From Haliotis rubra (taxonomy: Eukaryota), in the NCBI RefSeq assembly GCF_003918875.1, contig NW_025767036.1, positions 744,001 to 808,000 on the forward strand: 64,000 nucleotides of DNA, written 5' to 3'. Positions 48,716-61,730 of the stretch are shown piece after piece. The position numbers were made by a program, and so were the translations under genes. Under the pieces are notes generated by a model. It made no database searches. It had not been told where the DNA came from and saw nothing but the letters and a program-made list of their open reading frames with translations. The first letter of the stretch is position 1; every line of letters starts with the position of its first letter.

Positions 48716-51178
48716 ATGGAACTGTGGACAAACATATTGGTGATACTGATTTCAAGATTAGCTTCCACGAGTTTGGAGTTTCTTGACTGCCGACCTTGCA
48801 AGTGTTCTGGTGGGAAAGGAAATGTCACAGCAGATTGTACAAACCGCAACTTGACGGAAATTCCTTCCTCGGTCCCACATGGGACGAGCGTGTTGCTGTT
48901 TGCTGGAAACCAATTGAAACTGAATAAGAACACGTTCGAAAACCTGACGTATCTTAAAACTTTAGATTTACGTAGAAATGGTTTAGCATATACAAATGAA
49001 AGTTTTCCATCGTCTGTGTTTCAAAATCTTATTAATCTGACCATTCTTAAAATCAATGTTAACAATGATGATTCTCCCAACCGTGTACTAAAGTACCCAA
49101 TTAATGCGTTAGAGAAGCTGCAATCTCTCGAATGGTTAAGTATTGACGGTCTGGAATGTCAGGCATTTGCCAGTGGGTTCTCCAAACTAAAACGTCTTAA
49201 AAGACTATCAATAAAGGGTAACCGTACTTCCTGTAACATTTGTTCTGTAAATAAGACTACATTCAAATACTTACCAATCCTTGATTACATTGACATAGTC
49301 AATTGCAACCTACGTGTCGTTGAACCGGGGACATTTGTTCACCAAAAGCTTCTTAAAACATTAGATATTTCAAAAAACCATTACCTGCGGTTTGACGGTG
49401 TCACGAATGCAACACAAGGGATATCTGAATCACTTGAGAAATTAATTATTAACGAGGTTGTCCCACCACATGCACTTTGTGTTGTAATTAAAGATCAATT
49501 TTGCAGAAATCTTCAAAACACTAAACTTGTTGAACTGCACGCGAAAAACAACCGCGTTAGTATTTTCAATGGTACCGCCCTGGAACTCCTACCAGACAGT
49601 CTTAAAAGGGTATATATGACTGGAAATAGGTTTAAGTATGGAATTTACATTGGTTCCATTGCATTTTTAAAAGGATTAGAAGAAGTCTACTTAGGTGGCC
49701 CATTTAGTTCGGAAATGCCATTTCCACACATTCCAGAGCTGTTACAAACATCAACCTATAACGACTGCAGTGATTGTGAAAATTTACACTTTGCATATAC
49801 GCCTGACAAACACTCTTCTTCTCCTCTTGCAATGCCCAATCATTATCCCGTTAAAATCAGTTTACCACCGAACCTCAAAACGGTGTCCTTTACTTCTTCC
49901 CAAATGTATTACCATATACAGAACGTTAGGGTGAGCAATAACAGCATCACAGAAATTGATGTTTCAAGGAATCTTTTAACGGAATGGAACGGCAACATTT
50001 CGGGACTTGAAAAGGTTGAAAAATTAAATATTTCAGGAAACATTGCACATAATGTCGGTGTGGGTTTCTTCCCATCGTTTAAGAAGCTAATAACCCTTGA
50101 TATTTCACATAACCAATTAGGAGGTGTGTTAACAAAGAGTGACATTTTCCACGGCTTGAGTACACTTCAGACTTTGAACCTTTCACATAACTTCATCACG
50201 AAATTGTCACCTAAAGTCTTTAGCGATCTGTCATCATTGACTGAGCTAAAACTGTCAAGGAATAGCATTCAAGAACTGCAGTTTAACATCGCTCATATGA
50301 AAAACCTCACAGTCCTAGAATGTTCAAAGAATCAAGTACAAAAGCTCAACCGCAGGTTTAGGGCGAACCTGGACGAAATCTCGAATGATCACGTAATTAA
50401 GGTGGATCTATCCCAAAACCCTATTCTCTGTACATGTTCTAACCTTCCTTTTCTATCCTGGATGAAAACATCCAGTATGAACGGTAGAATTTCATTTGGA
50501 CATCTTGAAAAGTATGAATGTCATTATGAATATGGTCACAGAGTAAACCTGCATAATCTTGAGGAAGTTGTAAGAGAATTGGAGATGTCTTGCTATTCCT
50601 ATTCCGGGTTCTTTATTGGTAGTTCACTAGTTTTATTTGTTTGTCTCTCTTTCTTAACGTGCTCACTGCTGTATAGATTTCGTTGGAAGTTGAGATATAT
50701 TTACTATGCAGCAAGACATAGATACAGTTCAGATGAGCCATCAAACCATGAATTCGTTTTCGATGCCTTTGTTTCCTTCGCAGAAGAAGATCGCGACTTT
50801 GTTGTTAATGAGCTTCTTGTGATGCTAGAGAACGAGTCACACATGAGACTGAACTTCCATCAGCGGGACTTCACCCCTGGTCGTCCTATAGCTCATAACG
50901 TCATCAAAGCTGTCAAAACTAGTAAAAGAACACTGGTTATCCTGTCCAGTCATTTCTTAAAGAGCTCCTGGTGTGTCCACGAGCTTCAGATGGCTCACAT
51001 GGAGAGTGTGTCTACTGGCAGGGACGTGCTGCTGATTATTATGATGGAACACATTCCAACCAACCAAATCCCAGTGGAAATATTGTATCATATACAGTCG
51101 GATTCCTACATTGAGTACCCACTGGAAGGGGAGAGGGACGTGTTCTGGAGGCGTCTCATTGCTTCCCTCAAGGAATAA
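48716..51178 (+). CDS. Toll-like receptor (TLR-C), 820 aa
   Basis: Start is most likely the ATG at 48716 (ACCATGG context; signal peptide MELWTNILVILISRLASTS). LRRNT CRPCKC..DCTNRNL, LRRs, LRRCT NPILCTC, TM and TIR with RDFTPG follow. Acceptor TTCTTTTCAG ends at 48634. Confidence 0.97.
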   Translation: MELWTNILVILISRLASTSLEFLDCRPCKCSGGKGNVTADCTNRNLTEIPSSVPHGTSVLLFAGNQLKLNKNTFENLTYLKTLDLRRNGLAYTNESFPSSVFQNLINLTILKINVNNDDSPNRVLKYPINALEKLQSLEWLSIDGLECQAFASGFSKLKRLKRLSIKGNRTSCNICSVNKTTFKYLPILDYIDIVNCNLRVVEPGTFVHQKLLKTLDISKNHYLRFDGVTNATQGISESLEKLIINEVVPPHALCVVIKDQFCRNLQNTKLVELHAKNNRVSIFNGTALELLPDSLKRVYMTGNRFKYGIYIGSIAFLKGLEEVYLGGPFSSEMPFPHIPELLQTSTYNDCSDCENLHFAYTPDKHSSSPLAMPNHYPVKISLPPNLKTVSFTSSQMYYHIQNVRVSNNSITEIDVSRNLLTEWNGNISGLEKVEKLNISGNIAHNVGVGFFPSFKKLITLDISHNQLGGVLTKSDIFHGLSTLQTLNLSHNFITKLSPKVFSDLSSLTELKLSRNSIQELQFNIAHMKNLTVLECSKNQVQKLNRRFRANLDEISNDHVIKVDLSQNPILCTCSNLPFLSWMKTSSMNGRISFGHLEKYECHYEYGHRVNLHNLEEVVRELEMSCYSYSGFFIGSSLVLFVCLSFLTCSLLYRFRWKLRYIYYAARHRYSSDEPSNHEFVFDAFVSFAEEDRDFVVNELLVMLENESHMRLNFHQRDFTPGRPIAHNVIKAVKTSKRTLVILSSHFLKSSWCVHELQMAHMESVSTGRDVLLIIMMEHIPTNQIPVEILYHIQSDSYIEYPLEGERDVFWRRLIASLKE

Positions 51179-52809
51179 TGGACCCGATAGGAACTGTTTG
51201 CAGTGTTTATATGTTGTGGATTGATATGGCAGACACAGAAGTGGATATTCTCGTATGTCCTCAAATGCATCGGGAGTTAACAAACACACGTGCACAGGGA
51301 ACAGCTATGTTCTATTTATACAATATTGTATTTATGCATTATGTGGTGCTGTGCACATACGATATGTTCGTAAATCTATTCCGAATGATTAAATGTTTGT
51401 ATAAAGATGTACCCTCTGTACATTATGAAATACATTAATTTGTAGTTAAAATGGAAGATATTGATGTGATGTTCATGTATAAACACATGTGATTTTTGCA
51501 GGTTCAGTTAATGGAATTACACAGTACATGAATAATTATGCATGTATGCAAGTATTGGATCACGTGTAAGTTAATGTTGGCTTTGAATTGACTACACGAT
51601 TCACTTATGAACAGGTGTTCACAAGGCAGATTGGTCTGAGCCTGTAAATAATCAAGTATGATTATTAAAACAACGGACTGAAATCATGGGTCCCGCCCTG
51701 ACGTTCAGCCAAGTCAGGGAGTGAGTGAGTGAGGTTTACCGCCGCCGTGAACAGTATTCCCATTATATCCTGGTGTGTCAATAATGCGGGAAGGGGCGCA
51801 GGTATCAGATTGACGTTTACCAGTCTGAGATTTAAACCCACAAAGATGTTCCGGGAGGGCCGATGGGACACAACTCTGCATAACGCCTCAGGCGACTATA
51901 CCATGCGTGATCCAACCAAGTCAAGAAGTCTACCATTCTATTTATTTTAGTCGCCACTTACGACAGGCAATATGGAGGTGGTGTTTTTTGTGCCTATATC
52001 ATGTACAGTTTTATTTATTGTGCATATTATGATTCAACAGCTTTGATTGATGTTTGACATTTTAAGAGGCTGTACATACCCTGTTTATTGTAACCGTTTC
52101 ATATATCGTGATATGTATTTTTTTCTGAAGTAAACTAGAGACGCATATATGTTTTGTAGAAACCTAATGGTTATTCGATGGTGATGCATTTCATACAGGC
52201 ATCACAGTGCCGTGGGGTAGCCTAGTGGTTAAAGCGTTCGATCGTCACGCCAAAGACCCGGGTTCGATTCCCCACATGGGTATATTGTGTGAAATCCATT
52301 TTTGGTGTCCCCCGCTGTGATGTTGCTGGAATAATGCTAAGTGTGGCGTTACAACATATTCAGTCCCTCATTCACTGGAAATAAGACAAGTATAACTTTC
52401 ATAAGTATCTCAAGATTGAGTTGTCTGACAAATTGCTCGGACCACATCTCTTTTCATATGTACATGTTCTTTTGCCTGCCTGTTTATATTACTGCACTTA
52501 CGTTGTCTAGTGTATTATTATTAGATGTCATTTGAATTATTATTTGAAAATAGATGCCAGTTGTTTACGAGTCAATAAAATGTCACAAGCCACCTATTTT
52601 ATGTTGTTTGATTTACAAGTGATAAACTGCAACACCGACTTCAAATAGTTGGCCCCGTGAGGACGGGTCGTCAGCAACCCATGCTGGTTGTAAGAAGGAG
52701 ATCGGGTGGTCAAGCTCGCTGACTTGGTTGATGCATGTCATCGTATCCCAGTTGCTTAGATCGATGATCATGATGTCAATCACTGGATTGTCTGAACCAG
52801 TCCCGATTA

Positions 52810-53208
52810 TAGTCCGTTTGGATCAAAATCGGACCGATGAATTGCAATCGAACTCGAAACTACTAAACATAGAATACGCAATGAAACACTGATCATAATC
52901 ATAACATCAGACCAACTCTCTGATTTTCTTGCTGAATTTATTACCTAAATATAACAAAGTTGTTTAGCAAATTATCATTAAAATTTTAACACAGTTAACT
53001 ATTTGTTACGAGGGAGGACTGCAAAGGGAGGAACTGTGTCAAGATTTTAATGATAGTTTGTTAAACAACTTTTTTAATTTTATGACATAAATTCTGCAAA
53101 AATATCACAGAGCTGGTCTGATGTTTTGATTATGATCAGTGTTTCATTGAGTACTATATGTTTAGTAATTTTCGAGTTAGAATTGCAATTCATGGGTCAA
53201 ACGGACTA
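52810..53208. mobile_element. Fold-back MITE (~400 bp) inserted in a family-B SINE
   Basis: TAGTCCGTTTG...CAAACGGACTA termini, arms of about 180 bp, TA on both flanks. The SINE resumes after 53210. Confidence 0.88.
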
Positions 53209-53368
53209 TACCCACGGTAACAGCTGAGATGTTGGTAAGTGCGGCGTAAGAAACAAGAAACAAACAAACAAATAGTTCAAAAGCTCACCTTGTCACCAGA
53301 TATACTGAACCACACAAGGATTTACGTCACGCAGCCTTGTATTGGTGTGTAATTTTGTGAGGCCATCT

Positions 53369-54125
53369 TAGACTAGTCAAATTTCTCAGAAATATGAATA
53401 CATGAGGCATTTTTTAGTAAAAGCAAGCAAACAACATGTTCTGGGGTAGTTTTTCGTGCTGAATACGAATCTGTTGTTTCCTAAGCTCAACAATGCCTAA
53501 TTAGGTCACAAATTGGGTTCAAAGGTCAATGAGTGCAAAATTCAATTTTTTTTTAAAAGCATAAGTATAAAAGCATTCGTGTGGCATACATGTAAAAATG
53601 CCTATCGCTTCCTGTCACACTCATTAACCTTTGAAGTAATTATGCGCTTAATATGCGATTTTTGTGATCTAAACAGTTTGCCTGGAATAATACTGTCAAC
53701 AAAAGGAAGAGATTCAGCCTTGCTTTGCATTTTAAGCAAAAATGCTTGTAAAAAGTAGCCCTTCACACAAATACTAAAAGTCGCTCCATAAGGGAGATAT
53801 TTGCAAAAATACGAAATTTTTCCTTCAGCATTTCCATGAAATCCAACATTTTGAAATCCTGTGGTACCTTTATTAATCAATATATTGTAAACTGAGTCAT
53901 TGTATGGATGGAGAATGATAAATAAAACACATATTTTAAAAATTGTTTGCACTCATTGACCTTTGAACCCAATTTGTGACCTAATTAGGCATATTTGAGC
54001 TTAGCAAGCAACAGATTCGTATTCAGCACGAAAAACTACCCCAGAAAATGTTGTTTGCTTGCTTTTACTCAAAAATGCCTCATGCATTCTTAAAATCCAC
54101 ATTTCTTAGAAATTTGACTAGTCTA
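53369..54125. mobile_element. Non-autonomous DNA transposon with ~190-bp TIRs (possibly Academ-like)
   Basis: TAGACTAGTCAAATTTCT...AGAAATTTGACTAGTCTA, long near-perfect arms, TCT on both flanks. The superfamily is inferred from the TAG termini and 3-bp TSD. Confidence 0.85.
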
Positions 54126-56984
54126 TCTGACATTATTGTACAAAATACCCGTGAAGGTCCGGGTTAGAATTGGCCTTCAGTAACCAATGCTTGTCGTAAA
54201 AGGCGACTAACGGGATCGGGTGGTCAGGCTCGCTGGCTTGGTTGACACATGACATCGGTTCCCCATTGCGAAGATCGATGTTCATGCTGTTGGTCACTTA
54301 TTGTACAAAAAGTCACTCATACAATGGCACAAGACAGGGAACATTTGCTTTACACATGGTACCCATTTTGAGTATACGAATCAGAATTGTCAGTTTAAAT
54401 AGTGACACCTGACTACCATAGGCCAAAGAACAAATCCGTTGTAAGACAGATTCGGCAAATAAAGTTACCATGGCTTTCTTCCACCCTCCAAAAAGATGTG
54501 TTAAAACTCCATTTTGAATATTTACTAATATGCTGATGAACCTTATTGACATTAGAAATAATGATTAATACTGCTCCAAACCCTGTCAAGTTCAACCACA
54601 TTGCAGTCAGCAAATCTTTCATTTTTCGATCTCCACACCCGTCTCCTTCCATCATGAAAATCTGGATTCGCCTGCGAACAAAATGTTCATCTACATTCAC
54701 TTGTTATTGTACAAATTCAAGTCGATTTCTTCTGTGATGTACAACTGGTCTACGGGCACGCAGATTGTGAGAGTGAAGTCTATTCCTAACGGTCTTATCA
54801 CGGATCCGAATGCCAGTCACATTTCTGAATTCAGAATTTATCGTTTAACAGTTATGTCTGTTCTTTTGGCAATGTCTACCATTTGTCGGTCCTTGAGTGG
54901 AGTAGTTCTCCTGCAACGTCCGCTCCTATCTCTCTTCTTAACTGATTCCTATGCTGTTCACGTAGTCTGACATTAAGCCTTCCCTGACTTCCCTAAATGT
55001 AAGACAGGCGTCCAAAAGGCCAATGGCTTGGGCCGCTTCTTCTGTGCCTTCTATTAGGCATTTTGGGGGTTGATTTTACAGAACCTAGCTCATCAAAAGA
55101 CGGCCATTCAATGTGATTTGTGTAGGCTAAGCAACTCTAACATGTCCTGTCTGTCTCTGGAAATCCGTGTGTTTCCTTTATAACGATCATCTTCAACTGT
55201 CACGAACTACACGAACTATGTAAGAAAGATAACTATGGTGGTGGACTGGGGCCATAATTTCAAAATTCAAACTTCGGAAAATAATGTCACCATCCCAGAA
55301 AGATTTAGTGGTCCTTAACTTGTTTTGCTCAGTATTGACAGATATATTATTCAGTTAAATATTTTCTTTATGGGCACATGTATCCAAAATGTCACTAATT
55401 AGTGGAGTTCTTTATGGTCATCCAAATGGTAGCAAATAGAACATAGAACAACTACGAACGGAAGATACCAGTACGGAAATGACTCTTGCTAAAAACAATA
55501 CTCTACTGGGTGAATCACAGTTTAAATGTCTGACTCGGTGAATGCATTCTCTGAGCGACGGATATCCCTGTCCGAATGGGCTTATCACGCCTTAACAATT
55601 GGCCAAAGCCTGTCACAGTTACCTCCCTTTTCCTAAACCTCTACGAAGCCTGTGTAGATTCTTCACTGACGGCTGCGATCGATAAGACCCCAACAGGGTG
55701 CAGTTTTAAAGAGGACAGTGGCATTTTACAAGAGACGCCGACATAACCTGTGATACACAATAAGGTATGTGCTGTACAGCCAGTAACTGTCGTCCGTGTA
55801 CGAAAGATCGGGAAGTGTCTCCGTTTGTCACAACTTGTCAGATTGTGAGATACTGGCGAGGGAAGGTAAATCGAACTCTCAGATAGTGAGTTGTATAACT
55901 AATCGATAATGTTCTTAGCACGCTCGTCCCTGCGTGAAAGTATGAGGAAATGGAATAATCTGTGTTTATCAACATGTGATCACTCAACAACACACTGCCA
56001 TGGGCGTGGCCCGCTCACACAGTCACCAGGTTGTACACCTTACTGGCACACGATTGCGCATGGGCACAATACAGGTCATGACCCCAGGCGCTACACGGCT
56101 GTTGAAATGAGATTACCACTGCGCTACTCTGATAGCTGGTCCTTGAAACCTGACTATATACCATAGAAAGCTGATGATATACCTAGAAAGCTGATTATAT
56201 ACCTTAGAAAGCTGATTATATTTGGTGGTAATATTTGGATTTTGACATTAATACTGATCATGAAAACGGAAGCAGTGAACAGTGTTGACAATTCGTCTCA
56301 GCTTTTACATTTACAACTTAGGAACTACAAAATGTTTGGGGGTAGACATTACTGAGTTAGTCAAAGTCCCGTATTACTCCTAGGCCAAATGTAGAGATAA
56401 CCTCATTATCAGGTAATATGATACACCAGGCCTTATCACCCATACTGCATATATCCTGATCATGTTGAACATCAGTGCTTGTCACCGTCCATTTAACCAT
56501 GCGGTTAATACTCATGAAGATGGTCTATGAACATGTGGACACTGTTTCAACAGCGGGGTAATCCTTGTTTGTTTTCAGCAACCTGATACATTCTGTGTCT
56601 AGTTGACATGAATCTCTGGAGTGTGGGAGTTGTCATACCAATTACTGGATAACGCTTTTACTGCTGCTGAGAGATCCTAAACGACTTTTCTAACATTTGG
56701 CTTAGGACTAGTATGTGTGCCCAGATTTCTGTCGTTATGACTTTATTGAAGAGGTGTCTGTGTTGATGTTGTTGTTGTAATTATTTGAGATAGGGAGAGA
56801 GTACTGCGAGTGAGTGTATGCATGTATGTGTCACCGTATTATGCTCTGCAGAGTTGCGTCCCTTTAGTTAAACAACAACACTTTCTTTGACAGTGGGTTC
56901 GATAACCCCCACCCCACCCCCCTTAATATGTATCCGTGTTTTCAAATTTACATTACATAGGGTTAACCGCTCAAATTAAGCTGA

Positions 56985-57149
56985 GGGCGGTGGGGTAGCC
57001 TAGTGGTTAAAGCGTTGGCTCGTCACGCCGAAGACCCGGGTTCGAATCCCCACATGGGTACAATGTGTGAAGCCCATTTCTGGTGTCCCCCGCCGTGATG
57101 TTGCTGGAATATTGCTAAAAGCGGCGTAAAACCAAACTCAGTCAGTCAG
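56985..57149 (+). mobile_element. Young full-length SINE family A copy
   Basis: Consensus-like, with a perfect 14-bp TSD TCAAATTAAGCTGA (56971-56984, 57150-57163). Confidence 0.95.
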
Positions 57150-57385
57150 TCAAATTAAGCTGATGTTATTCAAGGCCCACATTCACGCACTTACCCACAC
57201 TCATCTTAGTATTCAGTGTAGAAATCACGGAATTTAATTATAAATCTTGGCAATTAATGCGATCTGTACATTCATAGACGGTGGATACAAATCTTGTCAC
57301 CATTTAACAACATTGGCACTATATTGTTACTGTATTTGCACAATATGTCATATTGGAGTTTGTGCAGAGCATTAATCATAGGCGT

Positions 57386-57440
57386 CACACACACGCACGT
57401 ACGCACGCGCGCACACACACGCACACACACACACACACAC
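57386..57440. repeat. (CA)n/(CG)n microsatellite
   Basis: Direct reading. Confidence 0.95.
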
Positions 57441-57541
57441 ATGCTCAGGACTGTGCACCTCCACATTCTCAAAAAGCTGTATCCGCCCCAGTTAATACTG
57501 ATATCATATCGTTTTCCAGAGCTCATGTAGTGCTGTTCCAG

Positions 57542-57842
57542 ATGTCGGGATCAGTGGAAGAGAAGCCCGTTGACTTCCTGACTTGTCGAGTGTGCAATAC
57601 TGTATACAAAGACCCGTGTACACTGAGGTGTGATCACACATTCTGCAGGAAATGTGTCACCTCATACATCCAAACCAGACCAGATGCTGTACAGGCCAAG
57701 ACCATCCCTTGTCCCTGCTGTCGACAAGACACCGAGGTCCCCCACCCCAGCAGGCCGGTGGGGGAGTGGGCGGGGCAGATCAAACCCAGCATCATTATAC
57801 AGCGGTTGACAGACATACACGACACTGAGCATATGAGAACAG
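57542..57842 (+). CDS. TRIM E3 ligase, coding exon 1 (C3HC4 RING)
   Basis: MSGSVEEKPVDFLTCRVC...CDHTFCRKC...CPCC. Acceptor-like CAG just before the ATG and a phase-1 donor G|GTATTT at 57843. Confidence 0.9.
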
Positions 57843-57867
57843 GTATTTCGTTCATAATGCTGTTTTA

Positions 57868-58108
57868 GTGAGTGAGTAAGTGAGTTTAGTTTTACACCGC
57901 ACTCAGCAATATTCCAGCTATATGGCGGCGGTCTGTAAATAATCGAGTCTGGACCAGACAATCCAGTGATCAACATCATGAACATCGACCTGCGCAATTG
58001 GGAACAGATAACATGTGTCAACAAAGCCTGCGAACCTGACCACCCGATCGCCTCTTACGAGAAGCATGGGTTTCTGACGGTGCATTCTAACCCGGACCTT
58101 CACGGGTG
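57868..58108 (-). mobile_element. Family-B SINE in the TRIM intron
   Basis: 13-bp TSD TAATGCTGTTTTA (57855-57867, 58109-58121). Confidence 0.92.
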
Positions 58109-58413
58109 TAATGCTGTTTTAAAACTTGAGATATATGAATGATTATAAAGAGGGGTATGTCGCTATGTTTAATTTATGTTTAATGTATGATAAGGGAAAT
58201 ACATTCAAGTCAGTGCAATTCGCTTTAACTGCATTGTCACAGATGTGACATACAACAGAGTAAATGTTTCATCTGAAATGCTGTTCATTCAATATTAACA
58301 AAATTCTACATATGTTATAAGGTTTGGTACATCATTGAGATTACATGTGTCAAACTGATGGTTTATTTTTAATTCAAACAGTTTTATAACTCACTGAAAA
58401 TGTTCGCTTGCAG

Positions 58414-60062
58414 ATACGACTGAGACACAACACTGCTATGTGTGTTGGGAACTAGGGGAGACAACTCTTGCAGCTCTGTGGTGCCCTGACTGTGAAGTGC
58501 CGCTCTGTGACAGATGCGTACGGACACATCGTGCAACCCCTGCTTCTCGTGAGCACCAGCTTACCGATTTTTCTAGGAAGCCCAGGCGGAAAAGGAACCG
58601 GAATTTGTTGTGCACAGAGCACACGGATGAGCAAGTAAAATTTCTATGCATGGATTGTAGAAAACTGATCTGTCAGTCGTGCAGTGTTCTTCACCATCGG
58701 AAATGCGAGGCTGTTGTCACGATCAAATCACAGCTTCCGCTGCTGAAGTCTGGGTTAGTCATGAAAAGGAAGATCATTCAAAACGCTCTTCAGAACAAAA
58801 GGACTAAGAAATCAAATCATGAATTAAAAATGAAACGATTGGCAGAGACGAATCGGTTCATATGTGGAAATATTCGGGCGACTACGGAAGCAATTGTTGA
58901 AAACATTAAACTCAAGGAACAACAGCTGTTAGATGAACTGGATGCCATAACGAGAAATATCTCCAGTGACACTCGTGCATTTTTGGAACTCGAAGAGATT
59001 GAGATGCAGGTGTACAGACAACATTGTGAATTCATCGACCACGCCTTGGTATCGGACTGTGAGATGGACCTGTATGACGCGTATCAGGCCTGGGAGTCTG
59101 GAGCTAAAGACTCAGGTGAGTGTTCTTACAAGGAGGACACAAGGAAAATGGATGACATCAGGTTTACACCAAACCTTGACAACGTCCAGAACATCCTAGA
59201 TGACCTTCAGCTGGGAAAGATTGATGTAACGTATGAAGAGGAGCAGAAAGCACCTTCTCATTGTTTGTTATATGACGCGATGGACGGACGGACAGACGCT
59301 AATGAACCGGAACCGTACCTACGTGACAATACTGTTCTTGTCGTCAACGACACGGAGACAGTTGTAGTCACCGACTGGAATGAGCAGAGCGTGAAATCTT
59401 TCTACACAAGAAAGGATAATTTATGCCACAGCAAAATATCCCTCCACAACTCTCCATTTGCAGTGGCCCATTTCAAGGAAGACCAGGTTATTGTCACGAT
59501 ACCAAGATCTCGTCAGATGGTAACAGTTCAAGTAACCCCTGATCTACATCTGCTTTCAACTATCCACAGCACGAAGGGGTACTACAGCGTTGCTGTCCTG
59601 AATCCCTCGTCCTTAGTTGCGGGCGCCATTAACTGTGTGGACATCTTAGATATGAAGGGCAACGCTTTAAGGTCTATCACCGGGCCTGGGGGTGAGTTAC
59701 CCTTCACCTACCCGTACTACATCAACGTAACCAGCAAGGGTAACATACTCGTGTCTGACTGTTGGAAGGGTGTAGCAAAATGTCTGACGTCAGAGGGTGA
59801 TGTTGTGTGGACATACGCTCCAGGGGACGACAAGGCAATCAGCGATCCTTGTGGAGTCGTGGCGACCCGCACAGGATATGTTCTTCTTGCAGACAGGCGT
59901 TTGAACAAGGTCGTGCAGCTGACAGAGAAGGGGAGGTTTGTCCGAGATGTAATTACAACACGGGATGATGTCAAGTCACCATTGGGGCTCTCTGTGGACA
60001 GACATGGGTCCTTATGTGTGTGTGATAAAGACGGCATCAAACGATATATTCTGATGTTATGA
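58414..60062 (+). CDS. TRIM E3 ligase, coding exon 2 (B-box1, B-box2, coiled coil, NHL-like beta-propeller); spliced product ~649 aa
   Basis: Acceptor TTCGCTTGCAG ends at 58413 and the phase-1 join gives D-TTETQHCYVCWE in frame. Motifs CPDC..LCDRC..H, CTEH..CMDC..CQSC..HH and propeller repeats (YPYYINVTSKGNILVSD, DPCGVVATRTGYVLLAD, SPLGLSVDRHG). Confidence 0.93.
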
Positions 60063-60648
60063 TACTGATACACGTACCTGGAACTCACATGGATATGTCG
60101 TATCTTCGACGTGATGATCACGACTTCACTAGGACTGCAAGGTATTACCGGTATACCGCCATAAGTTTCAAACAATACGTATAATTGTAATGCTTTTTCT
60201 GAGAACCGATCTATAGGGTAAAGAACATGTATGAACTTTTTGTGATTATATTATGGTTTAAATTATAATATACACAGACTTTCATTCACAACAAATGTTT
60301 TACTTCGTTATTCGATGACAAAACGACTTACTGTAAAACTATTAAAAAACTATAAATTTAGAAAATAGGATCCCTGGCTATGCAACTTAAGTTTAGTTTG
60401 AGAATGCTGTTATCACAACCATAACGTATATTTTTTAGGGACTTAAAATGTAGCTCGACATGTACAATTGATGTCAGCTAACACCTAAGTTCGCAATACA
60501 ATTTACTTGAAAACACACTGCCCTAGTCATCACTGGGTCTCTCTCTCTCTCTCTAGATAGAGTGTATCAGTGAAATTTATCAAAATAATAAGTTAAGTTA
60601 TAAGATCCATCCACAACCCAGCCCTGAGAGTAGTGGATCTCAACTGTA

Positions 60649-61004
60649 GGTGAGGTGAGGTGAAATTGGGTTAAACGTCGTGCTTAAGAATATTTCGCTC
60701 ATATGACGACATGCTGCGTCTGTATGTGTATGTGCGGCTGCTTGTACTAGCCCAGACTGAAGCTGGTTTTAAAGTGCTAGCCCACTGAGATACCATGCCG
60801 CAGTGAAGCATGAATACCCCACTCAGACACATTATACTGACTCCTAGCCGACCAGTCCTTGTTGTACCCATTTAAGCCGAGCGCCAGGCAGGGACCAACA
60901 AGTACCATATTTTAACATATTTTGGTATGACGCGGTCGGGGATCGAACCCGCGACCTTCCGCTCTCCGGGCAGACGCTCTAACCACAACACCACGGAGGC
61001 GGTC
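60649..61004 (-). mobile_element. Full-length tRNA-headed SINE family C (Meta/RUDI-like, ~355 bp); degenerate copy at about 47838-48060 (+)
   Basis: A/B boxes (GTGGTTAGAGCG...GGTTCGATCCCC), central GGTACTTGTTGGTCCCTGCCTGGCGCTCGGC, (CACCT)n tail and a 14-bp TSD GGAT(C/A)TCAACTGTA. Confidence 0.85.
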
Positions 61005-61730
61005 GGATATCAACTGTAATAATTATGTTTGTAATTGTAATCAAAACCAAGTAAAATTGAAGTCATAATAATTATGTTTGTAATACTTCAATAGCGCGCA
61101 AGGAGTATGCTCTAAGCGCAATGGGCAGTGTGCACAACAACCCAAGATGCCTCTAAGACGAATTTTTGACAAAGTTACATGTGAGACCACGTGTGCTTCG
61201 TTGATGGGCAGAACTGAAGTCCAAGAAACTCTCAAGAGACAAGCGGCCAAACATATGGTTTACTTATCCAAAGGCTTGAACAACGTTGCTTAACTCAACT
61301 GACTTGTGACCAGTGCTCATTGCACGGAACCACACAGGACCACACCCATCAGAAAGTAAGTGCTAAATCAATACATGCTGGTTATAAGAATTATTGATTA
61401 CTCACGGCGAGGCCATTAAGGGAAAGCAAGATCCCGAGGTTCAGACCACAGAACACAGGCCTTGTTGAAACAGCCTCGCACAATCACGTGACTGCTGATC
61501 ATCCGTCGGAGTGAGTGAGTGTGGTTTTACGCCATTTTTAGCAATATTCCAGCAATATCACGACAGGGAACACCAGAAAAATGACACATTTCCTCGACTA
61601 ACTCCATTTGTATTGAAAAGGAGAGTTAGATAATCAAATTATTTGTTTTGTTAGTTTGTTGTTTAACGCGGCACTAAGCAATATCCCGGTCTCTAAATAT
61701 CTGAGTGTCGACCAGGCTCTCGCATCTTGA

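Noticed and set aside
54340-54970. Coding-looking ORF fragments
   Set aside because: No recognisable domain, interrupted by stops. Possibly an old transposon but not supportable.
56985-57060. tRNA gene calls at SINE heads (also 61987, 39278 and others)
   Set aside because: The tRNA-like part runs into a SINE body and microsatellite tail with TSDs. Many diverged copies.
57353-57541. His/Thr-rich N-terminus of the RING ORF
   Set aside because: Translation of a (CA)n microsatellite upstream of the acceptor.
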